Source of the DNA: Mollicutes bacterium Phil14
Lineage (GTDB): Bacteria > Bacillota_I > Bacilli_A > ML615J-28 > CAG-698
Length of the DNA stretch: 24,000 nt
Assembly (NCBI GenBank): GCA_001940985.1
Contig: MSHB01000021.1
Coordinates: 3,644 to 27,643 of the forward strand
Direction: 5' to 3'
In this document: piece after piece, positions 8,235-16,163 of the stretch
How the letters are laid out: the number at the start of each line of letters is the position of its first letter
Position numbering within the stretch: the stretch's first letter is position 1
Translations under genes and position numbers: made by a program
The notes under the pieces: generated by a model
Database searches by the model: none
What the model was told of the DNA's origin: nothing
Seen by the model: only the letters and a program-made list of their open reading frames with translations

Positions 8235-10265
8235 ATGAAAGAAACATTATTGTCTGAATTGGAGTATGTTACTCCAAAGACTATCCAAATATTAAAGAAA
8301 AATAATATTATAACCGTATCTGATTTATTATTAAATTTCCCAAATAAATTTGATGATTATACAATAGTATCATTTGATAATATTATTCCAGATACTAATG
8401 TGACTGTTTCTGGAGTTGTGCAAACAAAGGCAACTGTTGCAAATGTTAAAACTAAATTATCTGTTATGAATTTTTATGTTGATATTGAAGGGCATAAAGT
8501 TAGAGCAACAATATTTAATAGACATTTCTTAAAATCAAAGATTAACTATGGTGTATATGTCCGCTTAACTGGAAAATTTAGTGAAAATCTTAAAAGTATC
8601 ACTGTTTCAGAAATTAGTTTCAATGAATTCAGCAATAATATAAATCCTGTTTTCAATATTAAAGGATTAACTGATGAAAAAATATTGGATCTAAAGGAAA
8701 AAGTTTATGATGATTTTTGTGATGATATTGAAGAAATATTGCCAAATGAAATATTAAAAGAAAAAGAATTGATTCCTTTAAGAAGAGCAGTAAAATATAT
8801 TAATATTCCTGAAACTGATGAAGAAATACAAAAAGCTATTAAAAGAATTAAATATGAAGAATTGTTTCTTTATCAATTGAAAATAAAGTATATGCTATAT
8901 ATGCGAAAGAATTTTCCTCAGGGTGTCGAAATACATTATGATGAAGAAAAAGTTGCTGATTTTATTAAAAGATTACCATTTGAGTTAACTGTTGATCAAA
9001 AAAGATCTGTTGAAGAAATATTATATGATATGAGATCTCCTTACAAAATGAATAGACTTTTACAAGGAGAAGTTGGAAGTGGAAAAACTGTTGTGGCAGC
9101 GATAGCATTATATGCAGCTATTACAGCTGGTTACCAAGGTGCTATTATGGTGCCTACTGAAGTTTTGGCTAATCAACATTACAAGACATTTTCTGAACTT
9201 TTTAAAAATGCTGATGTCAATATTATGATGCTTTCTTCATCGGTTTCTCAAAAGGATAGAAAGGTTATTTTAGCTGATTTAGCTACAAAAAAAATAGATA
9301 TAATAATTGGAACTCATTCATTGTTCCAACGTGATGTAGAATTTAATTCTTTGGGATTGGTAATTACTGATGAAGAGCATCGTTTTGGTGTTAAGCAAAG
9401 AGTATCAATTGTTGGCAAAGGATATTTAATTGACCATTTAAAAATGAGTGCTACGCCAATTCCTAGAACATTAGCAATTAGTGTTTTAGGAGAATCAGAT
9501 ATTTCTTTTATTAAAACTTTGCCAGGAAAAAAACGTGAAGTTATAACTAAATATCTGCGATATAGTGAAAGAAAAATTGCTGTTGATCATATTAAAGAAG
9601 AAATTGAAGCTGGGCATCAAGTCTATGTCGTTGTTCCAATGATTGAAGAAAGTGAAGCAATAGATTTATCAAATGCTACACAGATATATGAAAGTATGGT
9701 TAAATATTATAAAGGAATTTGTAATGTTGGCTTAATTCATAGTCGTCTTCGCCGTGAAGAAAAAGAACAAGTTATGAATGATTTTAATTCCAATAAAATA
9801 CAAATATTAGTCTCTACTAGTGTAATTGAAGTTGGTGTTAATGTTATTAATGCTACAACTATGGTTATTTTAGATGCTGATCGTTTTGGAATAGCTCAAC
9901 TTCATCAAATGCGTGGGCGAGTTAGAAGAAGTGATAATCAAGCATATTGCTTTTTGATAAGTGACGCTACAAATTCTACTTCAGTTGATAGATTAAAACT
10001 TGTTGAAGAAAATAGTGATGGATTCAAACTTGCTGAAGAAGATTTGATAATAAGAGGTCCGGGAGATTTCTTTGGAGAAAAACAATCAGGTATGGTTCCA
10101 TTTAAAATAGCAAACTTGATTAGTGATAAAGAAATATTAGAGGATGCAAATGAATTAGCAAATGAAGTTATAAACTCTAAGAAATTATATGAAGATAATG
10201 AATACAAAAAGATATTAAAAATTGTTGAAGATAATTATAACAATAATAAAGAAATGTTAGATTAA
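8235..10265 (+). CDS. recG: ATP-dependent DNA helicase RecG
   Basis: GEVGSGKTVVA Walker A, TDEEHRFGVKQR motif II, MSATPIPRTL, STSVIEVGVNV, QMRGRVRRS; all helicase motifs intact. Confidence 0.96.
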   Translation: MKETLLSELEYVTPKTIQILKKNNIITVSDLLLNFPNKFDDYTIVSFDNIIPDTNVTVSGVVQTKATVANVKTKLSVMNFYVDIEGHKVRATIFNRHFLKSKINYGVYVRLTGKFSENLKSITVSEISFNEFSNNINPVFNIKGLTDEKILDLKEKVYDDFCDDIEEILPNEILKEKELIPLRRAVKYINIPETDEEIQKAIKRIKYEELFLYQLKIKYMLYMRKNFPQGVEIHYDEEKVADFIKRLPFELTVDQKRSVEEILYDMRSPYKMNRLLQGEVGSGKTVVAAIALYAAITAGYQGAIMVPTEVLANQHYKTFSELFKNADVNIMMLSSSVSQKDRKVILADLATKKIDIIIGTHSLFQRDVEFNSLGLVITDEEHRFGVKQRVSIVGKGYLIDHLKMSATPIPRTLAISVLGESDISFIKTLPGKKREVITKYLRYSERKIAVDHIKEEIEAGHQVYVVVPMIEESEAIDLSNATQIYESMVKYYKGICNVGLIHSRLRREEKEQVMNDFNSNKIQILVSTSVIEVGVNVINATTMVILDADRFGIAQLHQMRGRVRRSDNQAYCFLISDATNSTSVDRLKLVEENSDGFKLAEEDLIIRGPGDFFGEKQSGMVPFKIANLISDKEILEDANELANEVINSKKLYEDNEYKKILKIVEDNYNNNKEMLD

Positions 10266-10275
10266 GGAGAAAATT

Positions 10276-11280
10276 ATGGTTAAACTAGCTATTGATATTA
10301 TGGGTGGAGATTTTGCTCCAGATGAAATAATTAAAGGCGTTAATATAGCATTAGATGAAAATAAAGATTTAGAACTTGTTTTATTTGGTGATGAAAATAT
10401 CATAAAAAATAATGTTAAACATTTAGATAGAGTAAAAATTGTTAATGCACCAGATAAAATCGATATGGGAGAAAAAGACCCTATTGGTGAAGTTAGAAGA
10501 AATCGTGAAACTTCTTTAGTAAAAGCTTTTCAAGCTGTTAAAGATAAAGAAGTTGATGGTGCTGTAACAGCTGGTCCAACTCAAGGTACAATTGCTGCAG
10601 CTCACTTAATCATTAGAAGAATAAAGGGAATGAAAAGAGTAGCACTATGTCCAACTTTACCTAATTTAGGTGGTAAATCAAGATTACTATTAGATGTAGG
10701 TGCAAATGTTGAATTAAGAAGTGAACACTTATTGCAAATAGCTCAATTTGCTACAATCTATTTACAAGAAACACACAACATCGAAAGACCTTTGGTAGGT
10801 TTAGTAAATATTGGTGCTGAACCAGGTAAGGGACGTGAAGTTGATAAAGAGACTTTTAACTTGCTTAAAGAAAATGAAAAAATAAATTTCTTTGGTAACG
10901 TAGAACCAAAAGAACTATTTACTACTCCTTGTGATATTTTAATTACTGATGGTTTTACTGGAAATATGGTTATGAAAACATGCGAAGGTGTTGCTAAGAC
11001 AATAGGTTCATTTTTGAAAGATGAAATAAAATCTTCATTTTCTGCTAAAATCGGATATATTTTTATGAACAAAGTATTTAAAAAATTTAAAAAAGTTATG
11101 AATCCTGATGAAGTAGGTGGAGCTGTTTTATTTGGTGTTGATGGAGTAGTTGTTAAAGCTCATGGTGCTAGTAATGCATATGCTTTTTCTAGAGCTATTA
11201 ATCAAGCTAAACGTACTGTTGAAGGACAAGTAGTTCAAAAAATGAAGAATATTATAGAGGAAACTAATGATGGAGAATAA
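10276..11280 (+). CDS. plsX: Phosphate acyltransferase PlsX
   Basis: LAIDIMGGDFAPDEIIKGV, GPTQGTIAAA, GLVNIGAEPGKG, DGFTGNMVMKTCEG. GGAG SD. Confidence 0.95.
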   Translation: MVKLAIDIMGGDFAPDEIIKGVNIALDENKDLELVLFGDENIIKNNVKHLDRVKIVNAPDKIDMGEKDPIGEVRRNRETSLVKAFQAVKDKEVDGAVTAGPTQGTIAAAHLIIRRIKGMKRVALCPTLPNLGGKSRLLLDVGANVELRSEHLLQIAQFATIYLQETHNIERPLVGLVNIGAEPGKGREVDKETFNLLKENEKINFFGNVEPKELFTTPCDILITDGFTGNMVMKTCEGVAKTIGSFLKDEIKSSFSAKIGYIFMNKVFKKFKKVMNPDEVGGAVLFGVDGVVVKAHGASNAYAFSRAINQAKRTVEGQVVQKMKNIIEETNDGE

Positions 11281-11968
11281 TTTTTTTAATAGTGAATTAA
11301 GTGCCACTTTAAAAAAATTAGGCATTAGTGTAAATGACACTAATTTGTATTTAACTGCTTTTACACATACATCTTATGCCAATGAGCATAAGGCGGAAAA
11401 TAATGAAAGATTGGAATTTTTAGGTGATGCAATTCTTGACTTTTTAGTTGGAGAATATTTATATCGCACTTACCCAGATATGCCTGAAGGTGATATGTCT
11501 AAAATCAGATCAAAATATGTTTGTGCTAATGCTAATGCCGAATATGCTGTTTTTTTAAAGCTTAATAAAAATTTACGTTTAGGAAAAGGCGAAAAAGAAC
11601 ATGGTGGCGATGAAAAACACGCAGTATTAGCAGATTTATTTGAGGCATTTCTTGGAGCAATGTACTTAGATAGTGGACTTGACTCTGTCAGGAAAATTTT
11701 GAATCTTGTAATTTTTTCAAAAATAGAGTATATTGATAAGGGTTACTTTGTTGATTATAAAAGTAAACTTCAAGAAGATATTCAGGCTGAAAGTAGAAAA
11801 GGCTTAGTGTATCAAGTTGATAATGAAATTGGTCCATCACATAACAAAACATTTACTGTTAGTGTTTTTCATGATGGTGTAAGACTTGGAACAGGAATTG
11901 GAAAAACGAAGAAGGAAGCCGAACAAGAAGCAGCAAAACAGGCTTTGGCAAAAAAAGTTACAAAATAG
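11267..11968 (+). CDS. rnc: Ribonuclease III
   Basis: NERLEFLGDAILDFLVGEYLY signature, LADLFEAFLGAMYLD, C-terminal dsRBD (TFTVSVFHDG...GKTKKEAEQEAAKQAL). Overlaps the plsX 3' end. Confidence 0.96.
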   Translation: MMENNFFNSELSATLKKLGISVNDTNLYLTAFTHTSYANEHKAENNERLEFLGDAILDFLVGEYLYRTYPDMPEGDMSKIRSKYVCANANAEYAVFLKLNKNLRLGKGEKEHGGDEKHAVLADLFEAFLGAMYLDSGLDSVRKILNLVIFSKIEYIDKGYFVDYKSKLQEDIQAESRKGLVYQVDNEIGPSHNKTFTVSVFHDGVRLGTGIGKTKKEAEQEAAKQALAKKVTK

Positions 11969-11980
11969 GGAGAGTTAATT

Positions 11981-12610
11981 ATGAATAGCTACTATTATTT
12001 ATTAAAAGACAATGTCATAGAATTTGATAAATTAATATTGGATAAATATTATTTATTAGGTTTAAATGAAATTGATACTATTATTTTAATAAAATTAAAT
12101 AACTTATTAAAATATGGAGATAGATCACTGTCTTTAAATGAAATAGTTCCATTTATGAGTATAAGTGAGGATGAATGCAGCAAAAGAATAGTTAAACTTG
12201 TTGAAGAAGGTTTCATTACTCTTGAGCTTTTAAATGTTAAATCTAAAGAAACTTTTAGTTTAGATCAAACATATCGTCGATTGAGTCTATTATTATTAGA
12301 TGAAGATAAAGCAAAAGAAAGTGATGAGAAAAAGGAATTAGTTAAGAATACTACATTACTTTTAGAAAAAGAAATGAATAAAATACTAAATTCAATAGAA
12401 AAAGAAATAATTACTAAATGGTATTATGATTACCAATATAGTCAAAATGATATTGATGATGCTATAATGGAAGCTTTGAAAAGAAAGAATTGTGGCATAC
12501 AATTTATAGATAGGACTTTATATAAAAAGAATCACAAACAAGAAAAACTTAGTGCTAATAGTGAAATTGAGGATTTATTTAATCAAGTGTATGTTAAAAA
12601 AAGAAAATAG
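11981..12610 (+). CDS. dnaD: DnaD-family primosomal/replication protein
   Basis: N-terminal winged-helix-like region and C-terminal IEKEIITKWYYDYQYSQNDIDDAIMEALKR...IDRTLYKK DnaD/DnaB C-terminal domain pattern; dnaD-nth pairing is common in Bacilli. Confidence 0.85.
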   Translation: MNSYYYLLKDNVIEFDKLILDKYYLLGLNEIDTIILIKLNNLLKYGDRSLSLNEIVPFMSISEDECSKRIVKLVEEGFITLELLNVKSKETFSLDQTYRRLSLLLLDEDKAKESDEKKELVKNTTLLLEKEMNKILNSIEKEIITKWYYDYQYSQNDIDDAIMEALKRKNCGIQFIDRTLYKKNHKQEKLSANSEIEDLFNQVYVKKRK

Positions 12611-13208
12611 AATATATAATACATTAGATGAGATGTTCCCTAATGCCAAATGTGAGTTGAATTATACAAATGCTTTTGAACTGCTTATAGCAGTATTGCT
12701 TTCAGCACAAACTACTGATGTTTCGGTTAATAAAGTTACAACTGAACTTTTTAAAAAATATCCAAATCCTGAAAGTCTTGCTAATGCTAATTCTGATGAT
12801 GTCAAAGAAATAATTAAGCCAATAGGATTAGCTAACAATAAAAGTAAGAACATTATTAATTTGTGTAAAAAATTAGTCGTTGAAAAAAATGGAATTATCC
12901 CATGTGATTATTATTATTTAATTACTTTACCAGGTGTTGGTAGAAAAACAGCTAATGTTATTTTAAGTGAATGGTTTAAAATTCCAAGAATTGCTGTTGA
13001 TACTCATGTTTTAAGAGTTAGTAATAGATTAGGCTTAACTGATAGTAGTGATGTGTTAGAGGCTGAGGAAGATTTGATGAAACTTTATCCAAAAGAAAAT
13101 TGGCATCACTTGCACCATATTTTATTGTTTTTTGGTAGATATTTTTGCAAAGCCAAAAATCCTAATTGTTTAGATTGCCCACTTAAAGATATTTGCACCA
13201 AAAAGTGA
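12591..13208 (+). CDS. nth: Endonuclease III
   Basis: FELLIAVLLSAQTTDVSVNK, LPGVGRKTANVIL, VDTHVLRVSNRLG, and CX6CX2CX5C 4Fe-4S motif CKAKNPNCLDCPLKDIC. ATG 12591 matches expected N-terminal length; track start 12552 is probably too early. Confidence 0.94.
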   Translation: MLKKENRIYNTLDEMFPNAKCELNYTNAFELLIAVLLSAQTTDVSVNKVTTELFKKYPNPESLANANSDDVKEIIKPIGLANNKSKNIINLCKKLVVEKNGIIPCDYYYLITLPGVGRKTANVILSEWFKIPRIAVDTHVLRVSNRLGLTDSSDVLEAEEDLMKLYPKENWHHLHHILLFFGRYFCKAKNPNCLDCPLKDICTKK

Positions 13209-13260
13209 CAATAAATTTGTTTTACTTATTCTATAATATATTTATAGAAGAGGTGTTAAT

Positions 13261-13428
13261 ATGAAGGTGAAAGTTTTTGATGAAAATCACGAAAAAGATT
13301 TAGAAGAAAAAATTAACAAATTTTTATCTGGTGATTATGAAATAATTGATATTAAATATCAAGTAGCTATAATGTATGATAACAAAGAACAAATTTTTTG
13401 CTATAGTGCAATGATTATTTATAAATAA
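13261..13428 (+). CDS. Cse60-like small sporulation-associated protein, 55 aa: MKVKVFDENHEKDLEEKINKFLSGDYEIIDIKYQVAIMYDNKEQIFCYSAMIIYK
   Basis: Direct translation, ATG 13261 to TAA 13426-13428, with GAGGTG SD. MKVKVFDxxHExDLExxIN...IxDIKY...EQIFCYSAxIIYK pattern matches the Cse60 family as I recall it. Not in the supplied ORF track. Confidence 0.8.
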   Translation: MKVKVFDENHEKDLEEKINKFLSGDYEIIDIKYQVAIMYDNKEQIFCYSAMIIYK

Positions 13429-13437
13429 TTAAAAATA

Positions 13438-13478
13438 GGTCTATGATACCAAAGATTTTGGTTAATCGTAGACCTTTT
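13438..13478. terminator. Strong bidirectional terminator between cse60-like gene and convergent rqcH
   Basis: GGTCTATGATaCCAAA-GAT-TTTGGttaATCGTAGACC followed by TTTT; minus side has CCTATTTTT. Confidence 0.75.
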
Positions 13479-13487
13479 ATGTTATAG

Positions 13488-15080
13488 TTATTTAATTCTT
13501 TTTAATTTCTTTTCAATTTCTTCATTTGATGGAGTAACAAAAACTGTTTTTTGATTAGTATATGTTACAAAAGAGCCAAGAGTTCCAGGAATTTTTTTGA
13601 CATATTTTATTAATGTGTAGTCAACTGCAATATTACTAGATAATCTCCCTTTTGAATAGTATCCAGCGACCATTGCCGCAAGATTAATTATACTATCAGT
13701 TGGATTATTAGTCCTTAGTATTGTGTGGCTGCCTGAATATCCTTGAACATGGAAGAAGTAGTCATTGCTTTTAGCAAAGGTGTTAGTAAGATAATTGTTT
13801 TGTAAATTATTTTTGCCAACATAAATATAATTATTATATTCATCTTCATAAATAGTAATATTAGGGGATGATTTTTTCTTGGCAGGTGTTTTAGTATTCC
13901 TTAAATTTAATTCTTCAGATATTTCAATTAATTCAGGGGATTTTGCTACAGAAAGTTGCTCTAATAGGCATTTATAATAATCTATTTCATTTTTAGTTTT
14001 TTCTATTTGCTCTTTAGAAATATCTAATGTTCTTTTTGCTTTTTTGTATTTGTTATAATAATGATTCATATTAGAACTTGGTGAAATTAATGGATCTAAT
14101 TGAATAGTGGTTTCACAATTATTATAATAATCATAGACAGTAATAGCTTTATCACCTTTTTTTATTAAGTGTAAATTAGATGATAATAAATTGCCTATTT
14201 TTTCATATTTTAAATTTGCTTGAGCATCACTTTCTTCAGTTTTTTGTTTTTCAAGCTTGTTTTCTGCTCTTTTTAGAGATTTGCTCAAGAAATTATGAAT
14301 GTTAGTTTGTTCATTGTTTAAATGACTTTCTTGTTTAATTTTAAAGTAATAGTTATATAATAGTTCTGATAAACTATTAAAATTAGTAACATTACCTCCT
14401 AAATGCTTAAGTGGAAAACAATAAAAGAAAAATTTAGTTTCTAATTTAATTAGTGAAGGTTGTGTGTCCTGATTAATAATTTGTTGGGAATTATTATATA
14501 CCATTTCATTAAAGCATAATTGACTCACACCTTGAAAATTATTTATTAATAAATCACCATTGCAAGTAAATGGATTAATTTTAGTAGTTTGTTCAGGAAC
14601 GTATTTGATTTTTGGTGTTAAAATTCTTAGATCTTCATCATTAGGAAGTAATCTTTTATAACAATCAATAATAATGTCATTTTCATCAGTCAAAATTGCG
14701 TTAGAATTTCTTCCGAAAAGTTCGATAATTAAATTTATTTTCTTTGCATAACCAAGTTCATCAAACGATATGAGTCTCATGATTAGGACTCTATCATTTT
14801 CTATTTGATCGATAGCCTCAATTATGCTTGATTCACAATATTTTTTTAATACTGTTAAAAATGGATTAATCTTTGAACTCTTAACAAATTCTTCATTATC
14901 TATTGAAAATCTAATATGTGGAGAATTGCTATTTAGACAAATATATAAGTATTTTTTATTTTGCAATAAAAAAGCAAATTCATTATTATTAATGATTATT
15001 AATTTATTAATCCTTAATTGTTCTAATTGTGGTTTTAATTCCTCTATTAAATGATGTAAAAATACTCCATCTATATTCAT
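13488..15080 (-). CDS. rqcH: Rqc2 homologue RqcH (NFACT family, FbpA-like)
   Basis: N-terminal MxxDGVFLHHLIEEL; NDR (D96/R97) in NFACT-N; central coiled coil; C-terminal FFHVQGYSGSHTIL and KYVKKIPGTLGSFVTYTNQKTVFVTP. Confidence 0.92.
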   Translation of the reverse strand: MNIDGVFLHHLIEELKPQLEQLRINKLIIINNNEFAFLLQNKKYLYICLNSNSPHIRFSIDNEEFVKSSKINPFLTVLKKYCESSIIEAIDQIENDRVLIMRLISFDELGYAKKINLIIELFGRNSNAILTDENDIIIDCYKRLLPNDEDLRILTPKIKYVPEQTTKINPFTCNGDLLINNFQGVSQLCFNEMVYNNSQQIINQDTQPSLIKLETKFFFYCFPLKHLGGNVTNFNSLSELLYNYYFKIKQESHLNNEQTNIHNFLSKSLKRAENKLEKQKTEESDAQANLKYEKIGNLLSSNLHLIKKGDKAITVYDYYNNCETTIQLDPLISPSSNMNHYYNKYKKAKRTLDISKEQIEKTKNEIDYYKCLLEQLSVAKSPELIEISEELNLRNTKTPAKKKSSPNITIYEDEYNNYIYVGKNNLQNNYLTNTFAKSNDYFFHVQGYSGSHTILRTNNPTDSIINLAAMVAGYYSKGRLSSNIAVDYTLIKYVKKIPGTLGSFVTYTNQKTVFVTPSNEEIEKKLKRIK

Positions 15081-15199
15081 AATAATTACCTCAATAATAT
15101 TTTATCACAAAAGTAAATGAAAAAAAATAAAAAGTGAAAAATTATTCTTCCATTTTCATTATAATTGTAGTATAATTATAATAATATGAGGAAAATTTT

Positions 15200-15820
15200 A
15201 TGAAATTAGATGACAAGGGTTTACTTATTGTAATATCAGGTCCGTCTGGTGTTGGAAAAGGTACAGTTCGCAAGGCTTTGTTTGAGCGCGAAGGACACGA
15301 TTTAGTGTACTCTATTTCTATGACTACTAGGAAACCAAGACAGGGTGAAACGAACGGGAAAGAATATTACTTTGTAACTAAAGAAGAATTTGAAAAAAAT
15401 ATTTCCGAAGGAAAAATGTTAGAATACGCAGAGTTTGTTAATAATTATTATGGTACACCATTAGATAAAATTAATGAACAATTAGAATCGGGAAAAGAAG
15501 TTGTTTTGGAGATAGAAGTTCAAGGCGCTATGCAAGTAAAGAAAAAAGTTAAGGATGCAGTGTTTATTTTTATTGCCCCCCCATCAATGAATGCCTTGTA
15601 TAGCAGATTAACTAATCGTGGTACAGAGACTGAAAAAATTATAAAAGAACGTTGCGAAAAAGCAAAACGTGAAGTTGGCTTAGCTAATATGTATGATTAT
15701 ATAGTTGTAAATGATGAAGTCAGTAATGCGGCTGATAAAATTATCGCTATAATTCGTGCAGAACATGCGAGAACAAAAAGAACTATTGATAAATATCAAA
15801 AAATGCTGGAGGTAAAATAA
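15200..15820 (+). CDS. gmk: Guanylate kinase
   Basis: ISGPSGVGKGTV P-loop, SISMTTRKPRQGETNGKEYYFV, EIEVQGAMQVK. Confidence 0.96.
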   Translation: MKLDDKGLLIVISGPSGVGKGTVRKALFEREGHDLVYSISMTTRKPRQGETNGKEYYFVTKEEFEKNISEGKMLEYAEFVNNYYGTPLDKINEQLESGKEVVLEIEVQGAMQVKKKVKDAVFIFIAPPSMNALYSRLTNRGTETEKIIKERCEKAKREVGLANMYDYIVVNDEVSNAADKIIAIIRAEHARTKRTIDKYQKMLEVK

Positions 15821-16062
15821 TGGCTGAAAATAAAGATGGAATAAGATACCCTTCAATTGACCAATTAACTTTAAAAACACATTCAAAGTATAAGTTAGTA
15901 GTTGGCGCTGCTAAAAGAGCTAAAGAATTAGAAGCAGGAGAAAAACCACTTATAACTGATGCTCGTAGTAAGAAAAGCTTAGGTATTGCTCTTGAAGAGA
16001 TTATCGAAGACAAAATTAAAATCGTTGATATTAGCGGTGATGATGATTCCTTATCTAAATAA
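15820..16062 (+). CDS. rpoZ: DNA-directed RNA polymerase omega subunit
   Basis: RYPSIDQLTLKTHSKYKLVVGAAKRAKELE; overlaps gmk stop; canonical gmk-rpoZ pair. Confidence 0.92.
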   Translation: MAENKDGIRYPSIDQLTLKTHSKYKLVVGAAKRAKELEAGEKPLITDARSKKSLGIALEEIIEDKIKIVDISGDDDSLSK

Positions 16063-16163
16063 GGAATTTTTATTTTACATTTTTACTATTTTATGATAAT
16101 ATAAATATATAAAAAATAAAAAATCAATCAGTATGGTATTATAGTTATATAGGAGGTCACGTT

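Noticed and set aside
14824-15054. Plus-strand 76-aa ORF within rqcH
   Set aside because: Complement of the conserved RqcH N-terminus; the minus frame carries clear family motifs.
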